From: Holosporales bacterium
GTDB lineage: Bacteria; Pseudomonadota; Alphaproteobacteria; RUG11792
Assembly (NCBI GenBank): GCA_031268935.1
Contig: JAIRWL010000010.1
Coordinates: 5,288-69,287 of the forward strand
Direction: 5' to 3'
Length of the DNA stretch: 64,000 bases
Shown: in pieces, positions 39,060 to 49,285 of the stretch
How the letters are laid out: every line of letters starts with the position of its first letter
Position numbering within the stretch: position 1 is the stretch's first letter
Notes under the pieces: generated by a model
Told to the model about the DNA's origin: nothing
The model's input: the letters and a program-made list of their open reading frames with translations, nothing else
Databases searched by the model: none
Program-made: the position numbers and the translations under genes

Positions 39060-39272
39060 TATACTTATACCTCTCTCGGTGGAATGGTGAATGGGCCTAC
39101 CCCGCGAGTATGAGCCCCAATAACTAACCTCAGTCTCCCACAAAGATGTTATAAAAAGCTTAAATGAACCGATAAAATCTGCATCAATGTTGAAAAAAAA
39201 TCTAATAAATAATGAGGTTTGTTATTAAAGCTTTTTATTTCCATTTTTTTGAGAAACTTTACTTCGGAAAAT

Positions 39273-39381
39273 TGTATATGAAGATATTTAAAATTTTTTG
39301 GGATTATTATTGTTTTGAGAAACCTATTCCGATTTGCCAAGATATTTTTATACGCTACGTAGACTTGAATTATGGAGCAGT
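39273..39381 (+). repeat. Conserved 5' leader/promoter region of the small HTH gene cassette (copy 2)
   Basis: Aligns by eye with 7034-7135 (see copy 1). Confidence 0.7.
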
Positions 39382-39618
39382 ATGAACCAAGACACCAGTT
39401 TGAAATCTTCACGAGTCCCGACCATTGAGGGCTTTGTGAGTAAGCATAAGAGACGGAATTCATGGACTATAGCTGAATTTGAGATTCTCAGAAGTGGATT
39501 CAGCAGCGGTAAAAGAATTAAAACGATTGCTTATGAAATTGGACGATCAATGACGGCCGTTAATAAATTCATTAGTCGTTCTGGAATACAGAGAAATCGT
39601 AAAATCCGCCATGAATAA
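39382..39618 (+). CDS. Small GcrA/Myb-like HTH protein (paralog of 7136-7372)
   Basis: MNQDTSLKSSRVPTIEGFVSKHKRRNSWTIAEFEILRSGFSSGKRIKTIAYEIGRSMTAVNKFISRSGIQRNRKIRHE. Strongly similar to the 7136 gene in both the protein and the 5' region. Confidence 0.6.
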   Translation: MNQDTSLKSSRVPTIEGFVSKHKRRNSWTIAEFEILRSGFSSGKRIKTIAYEIGRSMTAVNKFISRSGIQRNRKIRHE

Positions 39619-39734
39619 CACAACCTCCCAGGAGTACGATCGGATCAGATCCGACAAGATTGCTCTATCTCATTGGGAGAGCCTGAGGTTACAATGTCGA
39701 CTAGATTTGAGTACCTCTTCGCGAGGGTTTCAAA

Positions 39735-40424
39735 ATGCATTCCATCCTAGTCATCGATGATGATATTAGGTTATTGAATTTGGTTGTGGATCTTTTGAGG
39801 GTGGCAGATTTTGCTGCCGTCGGAGCTAATTCGGTTGCCGAGGGATTGGCGGCCCTTTCTTCAAGGAAATTCGATGCTATCGTCGTCGATTGGATGATGC
39901 CCTTCGAGAATGGCATAGAATTTATAACAAGATTAAGATCGACCGCTTCTTATGCTCAACATATTCCGGCCATGATGTTGACCGCCTTGAGCGATCCAGA
40001 CGATAAGGTGGTCGGATTTGAAAGTGGTTTTGATGATTATCTCACCAAACCTTTCGAAACAAAAGAATTGATCGTTCGGCTGAACGCTATGATTCGGCGT
40101 TCAAAAATTGCACACACCCATCATGTCCCAGTTGTGAAATTCGGGTCTTGTGTCTTCGATACCGATTCGGGAGAATTGTTCTTAAATTCCGAATCCGTCA
40201 ATTTATCGGAAAGTGAATTGATGCTACTGAAGACTTTGTGTTTACGCCCAAATCACCCCTTTACTCGAGAAGAATTAGCTAAAAAATTCGGATTTATAGT
40301 TTCTGATAGAACTATAGATGTTCAGATTACTCGTCTGCGGAAAAAGATAGGAGATGATACTAGAAAGCCATTTATTATCAAGACTATAAGACATATCGGG
40401 TATGCCTTAGCCACAAAACCTTAA
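39735..40424 (+). CDS. OmpR/PhoB-family response regulator
   Basis: Receiver domain (LVIDDD, DAIVVDWMMP, LTALSD, YLTKPF) plus a winged-helix output (ITRLRKKIGDD...IKTIRHIGY). Confidence 0.9.
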   Translation: MHSILVIDDDIRLLNLVVDLLRVADFAAVGANSVAEGLAALSSRKFDAIVVDWMMPFENGIEFITRLRSTASYAQHIPAMMLTALSDPDDKVVGFESGFDDYLTKPFETKELIVRLNAMIRRSKIAHTHHVPVVKFGSCVFDTDSGELFLNSESVNLSESELMLLKTLCLRPNHPFTREELAKKFGFIVSDRTIDVQITRLRKKIGDDTRKPFIIKTIRHIGYALATKP

Positions 40425-40541
40425 TTGTCCCCCTACCAGTCTTCACTTTTTTTTGCTACACTACTAGACAACGAGGTTTACTTTTTCTTTGCTTTTGACC
40501 AAGCCAAGGCGCTTGGTTTTCTGCAAGCAATTCGGGTGATT

Positions 40542-42257
40542 ATGAACACTAACCAATCCACTGAAAAGTCGAGTTTTGCTAGCCTTTTAAACGAATCCAT
40601 ATTCGGAACCGATTCGATTGAAGGGAAAGTCGTGACGGGAACGGTCGTTGCGATAAGGAATGACAAAGCCGTCATAGATGTTGGCCTGAAGGCCGAGGGA
40701 AGATTGTTTATTAACGACATCAAGGCCCTGAAGGGATGTGACAGCGTCTCCATTGGCGATACTCTCGAGGTTTTTGTTGACCGGTTTGAGGACAAGAATG
40801 GCGAACCCATTTTGAGTATTGAAAAAGCTAAAAAGGAAGCCGTCTGGAAAAAAATTGAGGAACATATGGAGGGCGGGACGGTCGTCGAAGGTATGATTAT
40901 TGGTCGTACAAACGGCGGGTTTTCAGTTGATATTTCTGGAACGACAGCTTTTTTGCCCGGAAGTCAAGTTGATCTCAGAATCGTTAAAGATATAGTGCCC
41001 CTATTGAATTTACCGCAGCCATTCAAGGTTTTAAAGATGGATAAGGCGCGGAACAATATAGTCGTCTCAAGAAGAGCCGTCCTAGAAGCCGCTCGTAATG
41101 AGGCAAAATCGGAAATCATTTCCAAGCTTGAAGAGGGAATGATTATTCAGGGGATCGTTAAAAATATTACGGATTATGGTGTATTCGTCGATATTGGAGG
41201 CATAGATGGATTATTACACGTTACCGACATGTCGTGGAAGAGAGTTGCCTCTCCTTCAGATTTGGTTAAAGTTGGCGACAGTGTTCAGGTCCAAATCTTG
41301 AAATTTAACAAAGAAACAGGAAGAATTTCTCTTGGTATGAAACAGTTGGTAAAAACTCCATGGGAAGGAATCGAACAGCGATATATCATAGGGAACAAAT
41401 ATAAAGGAAAGGTATCGAATGTAACCGACTACGGGGCTTTCGTCGAGCTCGAAGACTGTATAGAGGGAATGATATACATAACGGAACTCAGCTGGTTGCG
41501 AAAAAATATCCATCCCAGTAAACTGATTTCGATCGGGGATGAGATTGAAGTCGTCGTTCTGGATATTAATCCGCCTAAGAGGAAGATTAGCCTTGGACTT
41601 AAGCAGTGTCAGGAGAATCCATGGCGACGGTTTGCAGAAACACATCCGGTCGGGACAAAACTGGAAGGCATCGTAAAAAACATTACTGAGTTCGGGATTT
41701 TTGTTGGAGTCACAGATCTCCTAGATGGTATGGTTCATATCTCTGACGTTTCCTGGAATTCTGGCAATAAAGATGACAAATCCAAAGATTTGCAAAAAGA
41801 TCAAACGATTGATGTTGTCGTGCTAGATATCAATCCGGAGAAAGAAAGAATCAGCCTAGGAATTAAACAACTAGAAAATGATCCACACGCTGGTATCGAA
41901 GAAATGAATAACCTAAAAGGAAAAGCTACGACGGCGACCGTCAAAGAAATTCACAGCGCGGGCGTTGTCGTTACTTTGGAAAATGGATTTCCTGGATTTA
42001 TCAGAAAGGGAGATATTTCGAGCGATCGCATGGGGCAGCGAACTGATGCTCTCACGGTCGGAGAGACGGTAGAAGCGATGATACTGGGAGTTGATAGAAT
42101 CTCAAGAGTTGTCAATTTATCGATCAAGGAGCTTGAATTCAGAAGGGAAAAGGAAGATCTAAAACAATTTGGTTCGACGACTGATGGTGGAGCGAGACTC
42201 GGAGATATTCTTGGTCAAGCAATTAAAGAGAAAGAGGAATCCCAAAGACAAGAGTGA
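40542..42257 (+). CDS. rpsA: 30S ribosomal protein S1
   Basis: 571 aa from the ATG at 40542, with six S1 repeats (e.g. GTVVAIRNDKAVIDVG, GIVKNITDYGVFVDIGGIDGLLHVTD, GKVSNVTDYGAFVELE). Confidence 0.9.
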   Translation: MNTNQSTEKSSFASLLNESIFGTDSIEGKVVTGTVVAIRNDKAVIDVGLKAEGRLFINDIKALKGCDSVSIGDTLEVFVDRFEDKNGEPILSIEKAKKEAVWKKIEEHMEGGTVVEGMIIGRTNGGFSVDISGTTAFLPGSQVDLRIVKDIVPLLNLPQPFKVLKMDKARNNIVVSRRAVLEAARNEAKSEIISKLEEGMIIQGIVKNITDYGVFVDIGGIDGLLHVTDMSWKRVASPSDLVKVGDSVQVQILKFNKETGRISLGMKQLVKTPWEGIEQRYIIGNKYKGKVSNVTDYGAFVELEDCIEGMIYITELSWLRKNIHPSKLISIGDEIEVVVLDINPPKRKISLGLKQCQENPWRRFAETHPVGTKLEGIVKNITEFGIFVGVTDLLDGMVHISDVSWNSGNKDDKSKDLQKDQTIDVVVLDINPEKERISLGIKQLENDPHAGIEEMNNLKGKATTATVKEIHSAGVVVTLENGFPGFIRKGDISSDRMGQRTDALTVGETVEAMILGVDRISRVVNLSIKELEFRREKEDLKQFGSTTDGGARLGDILGQAIKEKEESQRQE

Positions 42258-42279
42258 AGAGGGGCCAAGATACAATCTT

Positions 42280-42555
42280 ATGTCTATTTTAGAAAATGTC
42301 CTAGGAGCGATGGCATCGGTTACGACTGTGATAGGGGTGGTTCCCCAAGTTTGTAAATCGTTTAAGACGAAATCTACGAACGATGTTTCGATGATTATGT
42401 TGGTAAATTGCTTGCTATGCTCGATATCATGGGCGGTATACGGACTGTGCTGTACGGGCGATTGCTACGTAGTATGCAGCAACGTTTTCGGAACGATCGT
42501 GGCGTGTATTTCTATTTGGCAGAAATGGTACTATGATTCCATTTCGGCCGGCTAA
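42280..42555 (+). CDS. SemiSWEET/PQ-loop small transporter
   Basis: 91 aa from the ATG at 42280. Three predicted TM helices with a PQ motif (IGVVPQVCKSFKTKSTNDVS). Confidence 0.55.
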   Translation: MSILENVLGAMASVTTVIGVVPQVCKSFKTKSTNDVSMIMLVNCLLCSISWAVYGLCCTGDCYVVCSNVFGTIVACISIWQKWYYDSISAG

Positions 42556-42737
42556 GAATTTTTGATGATGTCTATAAAAAAAATCTGGGTAAAGCGACGG
42601 GTAGGCGAGATTATTTATCCAAATGGTAGCCGCTAGCTCCCATTGCTCTCAATCTCAACCGTGATGAGGACTCTTGGCAGCGGAGGATCAATTATCTTAT
42701 AATCCATACCTGTTTACCAGCAGGGTGGTGCTGAGAT

Positions 42738-43577
42738 TTGATTTCTAAGATTGTAAATATCGGAAAGATCAGGGTTTCAAATGAATTGCCGTTCGTTTTT
42801 ATTGGTGGGCCATGTGCTATCGAGTCCATGGAATCTTGTACATTTATTTGCGAACAAGTTATGGATATTTGCGGCTCCCTGGGAATTGAGTATATTTTTA
42901 AATCGTCCTTTGATAAGGCTAATCGAACGAGTATCTCCGGGCAGAGGGGAGTTGGTATCGATGAAGGTCTCGAGATTCTCGCTGCCGTTAAGGAAAAATA
43001 TGGTATTCCGGTATTGACCGATGTTCATCTCCCTGATCAGTGCGCTCGAGTTGCTCAGGCGGCCGATATCTTGCAGATTCCAGCTTTTTTATGTAGACAG
43101 ACCGACCTATTAGAGGCGGCCGCTAAAACTGGCAAGCCGGTTAACGTCAAAAAAGGGCAATTTATATCACCGAATGACATGGAGAATGTGATAGCAAAGT
43201 TACAGCATTTTGGCGCATCTGATATTTTATTAACCGACAGAGGGACATGTTTTGGATATAACGCATTGATTTCTGATTTTAAAGGGATTCCTATTATGGC
43301 GAAGACCGGTTATCCCGTCATTTATGATGCTACTCATTCTATTCAGACTCCGTCTTCTCAGGGGAAATTTTCTGGAGGAGAACGCGATTTCGCTCCCATT
43401 TTGGCGAGAGCGGCAGTCGGAGTTGGAGTCGCTGGGATCTTTATGGAGGTTCACGATAACCCCGATAAGGCGCCCTGCGATGGACCAAATATGTTGCCAC
43501 TAAGCAGTCTTAAGCAGGTCTTGGTTGAGTTGTTGGAATTAGATGAGGTTTCGAAGAAATTTCCGAGGTATATTTGA
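42738..43577 (+). CDS. kdsA: 3-deoxy-8-phosphooctulonate synthase
   Basis: 279 aa, TTG start. IGKIRVSNELPFVFIGGPCAIES...KSSFDKANRTS...DVH...QIPAFLCRQTDLL...KKGQF. Confidence 0.9.
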   Translation: MISKIVNIGKIRVSNELPFVFIGGPCAIESMESCTFICEQVMDICGSLGIEYIFKSSFDKANRTSISGQRGVGIDEGLEILAAVKEKYGIPVLTDVHLPDQCARVAQAADILQIPAFLCRQTDLLEAAAKTGKPVNVKKGQFISPNDMENVIAKLQHFGASDILLTDRGTCFGYNALISDFKGIPIMAKTGYPVIYDATHSIQTPSSQGKFSGGERDFAPILARAAVGVGVAGIFMEVHDNPDKAPCDGPNMLPLSSLKQVLVELLELDEVSKKFPRYI

Positions 43578-45364
43578 TGAGGACATCTGCAATTCTTGCC
43601 CCTGAGGCGACCGATAAGAATCCTTCCCCGGTCGACAATTTAGCGAATCTTAGGGTCAAGCTATCGGAAATTGAGAGTGATTTTATTCTGCTTTCTATGC
43701 AGAATGCGTTCGGAAATTTTATTGATGGGCCATCAGATATAGAATTTATTTCCGGCTTTTCTGGATCAAATGGGAAGGCCGTCATTTCAAAAGAGAAAGC
43801 GGTTCTTCTGGTTGATGGAAGATATGTCAAACAGGCTAAAGAGCAGACGGATAATTCAATTTGGGAGATCAAACAATTTCCTGATTTTGATGCGAATACA
43901 ATTATCTCGGAGTTTTCATCTTCTGGAAAATCTTTGGCTGTAATAGCTCAATCGATTTCGTATGGATCGTATGTCTCTATCCTCGAGTTAATACGTCGTC
44001 TCGGATTGTCCATCAAATTGATTGAGCCAGATTTTTTGAGAACCAGGCAGAATTCGAGGACGACGATCTTTTTGCATGATTCTGAGCAAATTGGAGAGTC
44101 TCAAAGTGAGAGAATTTGCAAAATCCAGGCTGAGCTAGATTCGGACGAAAGACTGCTTTTGGCCGATCAATCGATGATTGGGTGGCTATTTGGAGTCCGG
44201 CTTTCGTCGGCTACGGAAAGTAAATCGGTACTTCCTTGCTGTGTCGCTTTGATTTCCAAATCCGGTAAACCGGTTCTGTTCTGCGATCTCGACGTTGCTA
44301 ATATGTTACCCGATTTTGATATCAAAAAACTGGATGAATTCGAAGATGCGATGGCTTCGTTATCATGTAAGGATGTAGTGATATGTGATTATTCCACGAT
44401 TCCAGCTTATTTCGTTTTATATCTTCATACACGTGATTTTAACACGAGAGATAGTCGTAATAAGTATAGAGAATTTTTTTGCATCAAAAACGATACTGAA
44501 ATAAGGAATCAACGAATAGCGGCTGAATCAACATCACTCGCCTTCATTAAAACTTTGGCATTTACGGAGAATGAAAGTGGGTTGACTGAAATTGATATCT
44601 GTAATTTTTTCGAGAGTACCGCTAAAAAATTACCAGGATTTGTTGATTTAAGTTTTAATGCAATTTCCGCTTTCGGAAAAAACACATCGATTGTGCATTA
44701 TAATCCGAAGAATTGTGGAAATTCTGAGATTCGCGGTAGAGGGCTTTTTTTATTTGATGCAGGAATTCATTTTAATAATTCGACAACAGATATGACCAGA
44801 ACAGTATTTATCGGTGAAATTGGAGAATCTGATGAATTTGATCAAAGATTAAAAGGAATTTATACTGTAATTTTAAAATCTGTTATAATGTTTTCGGTTG
44901 CTAAATTTCCGAAAAAAGTAAAGGCATGTATCATCGATTCGATTGCAAGATATGAAATCTGGAAGAGTGGTAACGATTATCAGTTCGGGACCGGGCATGG
45001 AGTTGGATCGTATGGCAATGTGCACGAGCCTCCGAGGATATCTCAAACTTCCACGAGTGTAATGAAAAGTGGAATAGTTGTTACGGTAGAGCCAGGAATT
45101 TATGAGCAAGACTTCGGGATTCGCTTAGAAAATATGTTACTAACAAAGTGTTCTGAGAGCGATCAATTTCTTGAATTCGAGACGCTGAATTACATACCAT
45201 TTTGCTGGAAATTAATCGATCATTCGATGTTATCGGAATTTGAGAAAATTTGGTTAGCCTCCTATCATAAAGCTATTTTTGACAAATTTTCTTCGCAATT
45301 TGAAGATGATGCAGTGACACTGAAGTGGCTGGAGATCAACACGGTAGATCGCGATAGTGTATGA
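43574..45364 (+). CDS. pepP: Xaa-Pro aminopeptidase family (M24B) protein
   Basis: 596 aa with an M24 catalytic region (LFDAGIHFNNSTTDMTRT, GHGVGSYGNVHEPP, VVTVEPGIY, IRLENM). 4-nt overlap with kdsA. Confidence 0.8.
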   Translation: MMRTSAILAPEATDKNPSPVDNLANLRVKLSEIESDFILLSMQNAFGNFIDGPSDIEFISGFSGSNGKAVISKEKAVLLVDGRYVKQAKEQTDNSIWEIKQFPDFDANTIISEFSSSGKSLAVIAQSISYGSYVSILELIRRLGLSIKLIEPDFLRTRQNSRTTIFLHDSEQIGESQSERICKIQAELDSDERLLLADQSMIGWLFGVRLSSATESKSVLPCCVALISKSGKPVLFCDLDVANMLPDFDIKKLDEFEDAMASLSCKDVVICDYSTIPAYFVLYLHTRDFNTRDSRNKYREFFCIKNDTEIRNQRIAAESTSLAFIKTLAFTENESGLTEIDICNFFESTAKKLPGFVDLSFNAISAFGKNTSIVHYNPKNCGNSEIRGRGLFLFDAGIHFNNSTTDMTRTVFIGEIGESDEFDQRLKGIYTVILKSVIMFSVAKFPKKVKACIIDSIARYEIWKSGNDYQFGTGHGVGSYGNVHEPPRISQTSTSVMKSGIVVTVEPGIYEQDFGIRLENMLLTKCSESDQFLEFETLNYIPFCWKLIDHSMLSEFEKIWLASYHKAIFDKFSSQFEDDAVTLKWLEINTVDRDSV

Positions 45365-45444
45365 TCGGAGGTACTAGTTGAAGTAATTTTTTACCTATTG
45401 TTAAGAAGCTTCAAGGGAATCTGCCCAAGAGGAAAGATTGTGAA

Positions 45445-46944
45445 ATGTCGATAATTTATTATGTCTGGTTTCCTATTATTTTCGAATTTATTCTCAAATT
45501 GACGTGCGGATTATCGGAGATTTGGAGTATATGGGCACCGTGCACAATGGGAGTATCCTTAAGTTTGATTTTCTCGATTTTAAATGAAAGATTTCTGCAT
45601 AAAAGATTTAAGATAATTAAAATCATTTATTTAATTTTTATATATATCCCAATTTATGTCAATATTTCCCATATAATTCTTTTTAATTCTGAAATTAGTA
45701 CAAATTCATTTATGAGTGTATTCGAAACAAATTTGCAAGAATCTATTGAATTCGTAGCTCATTTTTATTCATTAAGATTTTTATTGTTGACGATATTATT
45801 TTGGGCTGTTGGTGTTGTATTGTTTTTATTAGGTTGCAATTGGATTCGGATTGAGATTCAAAAGAAATATTTAATTGCAGTGATTATCGTTACTTATCCA
45901 ATATTTTGTTTTGGAGATCATAGATACAAATTTCCATTTGAAAAACTTTTATTCTCATGCATTGAGTATAAGCAAGATTCTATAAGAAATAAGGAATTAT
46001 TAAACCAAAGAATGAACTTAAATTTCAGAAATATCAAATCATTGGTGGGGTCAAATAGACGGCAGACATATATAATTGTTATCGGAGAATCCGTCAATAA
46101 AGAACACATGAGTATTTATGGGAGCGCCCTTAAAACGACGCCAAATTTTGATGCAATAAAAAACGAGTTAAAGGTGTTTAGCAATGTCCGGTCTGCTCAT
46201 TGCCATACACAGAAGGCTTTGAAAGGAATGTTATGTTTCGATGAAGATTTTGCAAACGGGGATATTGTTACATTTTTTAATCAAGCTGATTTCAAAACAT
46301 TTTGGTTTTCAAATCAGTATACGTCAGGCAATTGTGATGGATTAATTGCGATGATTGGATCTCTGGCCGATGTAAAGGAGTTTATCAATAAATCTCATTA
46401 TAGAACTAAATTATCCTCGAATTATGATGAAAAACTGCTAGAATATTTGCGAAAAGCTCTTCAAGATAAGGCAAAAAAGAAAATAATATTTTTACACCTA
46501 ATGGGATCACATTTGCCGTATTCAAAGAGATATCCGCCAAAATTTGATTTATTTAAAGGGAAAAACAATGATAAAAAAATCACGAATATAGCGCAATATA
46601 ACAATTCCATATTGTATACAGATTATATCCTCCATAACATCATAGATCTGGCAAAATCTTTACATCACGATGCGATTGTATTATATTTTTCGGATCACGG
46701 AGAAGACGTTACTGAAGAGCCCGATAGCCCTCACTCACACGTCGAGTCGTTGTCAACTCCGGCTATGTTCGACATTCCGTTTATTGTCTGGTGTTCAGAT
46801 GAGTATAAAGTAATTAATAAGAAATTTATTGATAGCTGGATAATAAATAAGCATTATAAAACAGATAAATTAATACATTCTATTATAGAGATATCAAGAT
46901 TAATTTCAGATGAATTTGATAAGAAGCAGAGTATATTTGGCTGA
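45445..46944 (+). CDS. Phosphoethanolamine transferase (sulfatase superfamily, EptA/CptA-like)
   Basis: N-terminal multi-TM region plus a sulfatase-type domain (YIIVIGESVNKEHMSIYG, HLMGSHLPYSKRYP, YFSDHGED). Confidence 0.75.
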   Translation: MSIIYYVWFPIIFEFILKLTCGLSEIWSIWAPCTMGVSLSLIFSILNERFLHKRFKIIKIIYLIFIYIPIYVNISHIILFNSEISTNSFMSVFETNLQESIEFVAHFYSLRFLLLTILFWAVGVVLFLLGCNWIRIEIQKKYLIAVIIVTYPIFCFGDHRYKFPFEKLLFSCIEYKQDSIRNKELLNQRMNLNFRNIKSLVGSNRRQTYIIVIGESVNKEHMSIYGSALKTTPNFDAIKNELKVFSNVRSAHCHTQKALKGMLCFDEDFANGDIVTFFNQADFKTFWFSNQYTSGNCDGLIAMIGSLADVKEFINKSHYRTKLSSNYDEKLLEYLRKALQDKAKKKIIFLHLMGSHLPYSKRYPPKFDLFKGKNNDKKITNIAQYNNSILYTDYILHNIIDLAKSLHHDAIVLYFSDHGEDVTEEPDSPHSHVESLSTPAMFDIPFIVWCSDEYKVINKKFIDSWIINKHYKTDKLIHSIIEISRLISDEFDKKQSIFG

Positions 46945-47170
46945 TCAAATTGATCAAATTAAGGAGAAAAAAGAAATAAATCTAGAAATGTAAACGCTTA
47001 TTTAATTTATCTCGTTGCGTGATTTCATAGATGTTGCACAAAAGCAGCAAACGACAGAAATTTGGGCCGACGATCCGAATTCGTCGCGATCAAGCTTTAA
47101 CGAGTATACAAAATCTGGTAGACTGGATCATATAGAAATTGTTTTAACTTTTCGAAGGACGGACAGAGTT

Positions 47171-47632
47171 ATGAATAACAGAAGGATTTGGTTGGTGGCT
47201 CTCTCGGTTTCCGCTGGGTTGCTGGCTGCTTGTAATAGGACGTGCAAGATTGACAGCGAGAGTGGTATGGTCCCTGGATCGGCCGAGGATTTTGATACTA
47301 ATGTCCCTAACGCGGTTTATTTCGATTTTGACAAATCTAGCCTATCTGAGGCGGCGAAGAAGCGTGTCGCGGCTCAGGCTTGTTGGTTGAAGATGTACAG
47401 TGGAAAGAAGGCAACCGTCGCTGGGCATACGGACGTTCGTGGGACGGCCGAATATAACATGGCCCTCGGTGAGACTCGTGCCACTGCGGTTGCTAAGGAG
47501 CTGCGGGATGCTGGGGTCGATGGATCGAGGGTTACGACCGTGTCTTATGGAAAAGAGAGAGTTATCGACACTGGTACTGACGAGATGGACCATGCACGAA
47601 ATCGTCGAGCGGTCACGACTGTTGAGCCTTAA
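47171..47632 (+). CDS. pal: Peptidoglycan-associated lipoprotein (OmpA-C family)
   Basis: The ATG at 47171 gives MNNRRIWLVALSVSAGLLAAC (lipobox). OmpA-like region VYFDFDKSSL...GHTDVRGTAEYNMALGETRA...NRRAV. Confidence 0.85.
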   Translation: MNNRRIWLVALSVSAGLLAACNRTCKIDSESGMVPGSAEDFDTNVPNAVYFDFDKSSLSEAAKKRVAAQACWLKMYSGKKATVAGHTDVRGTAEYNMALGETRATAVAKELRDAGVDGSRVTTVSYGKERVIDTGTDEMDHARNRRAVTTVEP

Positions 47633-47658
47633 TCTGCGCACTTATTTATCTTTTGTAC

Positions 47659-47690
47659 GGGCCACGATTTTTCCAGATCGTGGGCCCTTT
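47659..47690 (+). terminator. Putative rho-independent terminator after pal
   Basis: Stem gggccacgat / atcgtg(g)gccc with one bulge and an 8-nt loop, followed by tttgtg. Confidence 0.45.
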
Positions 47691-47704
47691 GTGCGCGTCT
47701 AAGA

Positions 47705-48043
47705 ATGGGTCTGCTTGGGCGTTTTGTCGGTCTTCCTAATAGTGTTAAGCTAGCATATAGAATTGCATCCGTTACTGTTGCGGTTGTATATCTGGTTTTT
47801 CATTCGATAACTGGCGAGAACGGCCTTGTGTCTTATATCGAAATTAAGAAACAAGTTGAGGAAAAAGAAGAAGTTCTGCATGATAAGACTGCGGAGCTGG
47901 AGATTATGAAAAGAAGAGTAGCCTTGCTTGGAAATAACTCTCTTGATCTTGACTTTTTGGAAGAGCGTTGTAGAGTGATGTTGAATTACTGCTATTCTGA
48001 TGATGTAATTATTCGTGATAAAGCAATTTCCTTATTGCGATAG
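47705..48043 (+). CDS. ftsB: Septum formation initiator FtsB/DivIC family
   Basis: 112 aa. TM helix, then a coiled coil (GENGLVSYIEIKKQVEEKEEVLHDKTAELEIMKRRVALL) and a LDLDFLEERCRVML tail. Confidence 0.75.
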   Translation: MGLLGRFVGLPNSVKLAYRIASVTVAVVYLVFHSITGENGLVSYIEIKKQVEEKEEVLHDKTAELEIMKRRVALLGNNSLDLDFLEERCRVMLNYCYSDDVIIRDKAISLLR

Positions 48044-48049
48044 GCGGCG

Positions 48050-49285
48050 ATGGAAACGTTTGTAATGATGAGGTATTTGCGTTCCGGCAAGGGATCTGGT
48101 TTTGCATACGTCGTTACATGGTTTTCATTTTTGGGAATAGTCCTGGGAGTGGCGACTTTGATTGTCGTGACTTCGGTTATGAATGGTTTCAGGTCAGAAT
48201 TGCTCGATAAAATTGTCGGGATGAAGGGGCATATAATAGTAACGAGCGCCACACAATCTACCGAAATAAATAATTATAAATTTGTCGCTGACAAAATCAA
48301 AAAGATTGGTGACGAGATAATAAATGTGATTCCTCAGGTCGAACGTCAGGCTGTATTGATAGCGAACGATGATGCTAGGGGAGTAATTGTTTATGGAATT
48401 GCCAAAAGCAGCATTATATCGAAGAAAATTATTTCCAATAATATCAAATACGGTTCATTAGATGCTTTTTGTGGGCAAACGGTTTTAATCGGAAAGAGAA
48501 TGGCTGATTCTATGAGGATTAGGACGGGGGATAAAATCAAACTATTTCTTCCGGATGGAATCATAACACCGTTTGGCAACATGCCACGAGAGGACATCTT
48601 CGAAGTGGCGGGCGTTTTTGAGGTTGGAATGAATGAATATGATAAAAATATTTTAATAATGCCATTAGAGGAAGCGCAGTCATTTTTTAATTATGCTGAT
48701 GGGATTAACCAAATAGAAATCTTTGTGGAGCATGTCGATGCGGTATCGAAGGCCGCCTTGGCAATTTCCAAGACTCTCGGTGATCAGTTTTTGGTGCTGG
48801 ACTGGAAGCATTCAGATGCCAGTATATTTCATGCGGTCGAAGTCGAAAAGAATGTTATGACTCTGATCTTAAGTATTATCATAATAGTGGCAATTTTTAA
48901 TATAATCTCCGGCCTTACGATGCTCACGAGTAGCAAAAAGAAAGAAATCGCAATTCTCAGAACACTTGGGGCTACAAAAAGCTCGATCCTTCGCATATTT
49001 TTTTACATAGGAGCCTCGATAGGAGTGATCGGCACTCTGACGGGGATTGGATTCGGGTTGCTAGTATCCCTCAATATCGACAGGATCAAAAGGGCGTTGG
49101 AAACCCTTTCCCATAGCTCCCTATTTAATGAAGAAATTTACTATCTCTCGCAAATTCCCTCTCACACGGACCCTCGGGAGGTAATCTTGATCGGACTCAT
49201 TTCCATCTCTCTATGTCTCCTGGCGACGATATATCCGGCCCGTAAGGCATCGACCCTTGAGCCGGCCGAAGCAATGCGCGATTGA
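48050..49285 (+). CDS. Lipoprotein-releasing system permease (LolC/LolE family)
   Basis: 411 aa. N-terminus RYLRSGKGSGFAYVVTWFSFLGIVLGVATLIVVTSVMNGF, and a C-terminal FtsX-type domain (EIAILRTLGATKSSILRIF). Confidence 0.85.
   Translation: METFVMMRYLRSGKGSGFAYVVTWFSFLGIVLGVATLIVVTSVMNGFRSELLDKIVGMKGHIIVTSATQSTEINNYKFVADKIKKIGDEIINVIPQVERQAVLIANDDARGVIVYGIAKSSIISKKIISNNIKYGSLDAFCGQTVLIGKRMADSMRIRTGDKIKLFLPDGIITPFGNMPREDIFEVAGVFEVGMNEYDKNILIMPLEEAQSFFNYADGINQIEIFVEHVDAVSKAALAISKTLGDQFLVLDWKHSDASIFHAVEVEKNVMTLILSIIIIVAIFNIISGLTMLTSSKKKEIAILRTLGATKSSILRIFFYIGASIGVIGTLTGIGFGLLVSLNIDRIKRALETLSHSSLFNEEIYYLSQIPSHTDPREVILIGLISISLCLLATIYPARKASTLEPAEAMRD

Noticed and set aside
39149-39463. A 104-aa minus-strand ORF.
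   Set aside because: It overlaps the conserved leader and the 5' end of the duplicated HTH gene cassette on the opposite strand. It is an AT-rich, low-complexity translation and likely spurious.
40425-40541. An N-terminal extension of rpsA (MSPYQSSLFF...). Similar extensions occur on pal (47015-47170), the SemiSWEET ORF (42169-42279), yefM (22080-22142) and the HTH genes.
   Set aside because: The extensions begin at non-ATG codons, do not match the conserved protein N-termini, and run through upstream intergenic or neighbouring-gene sequence. Internal ATG starts give canonical N-termini.
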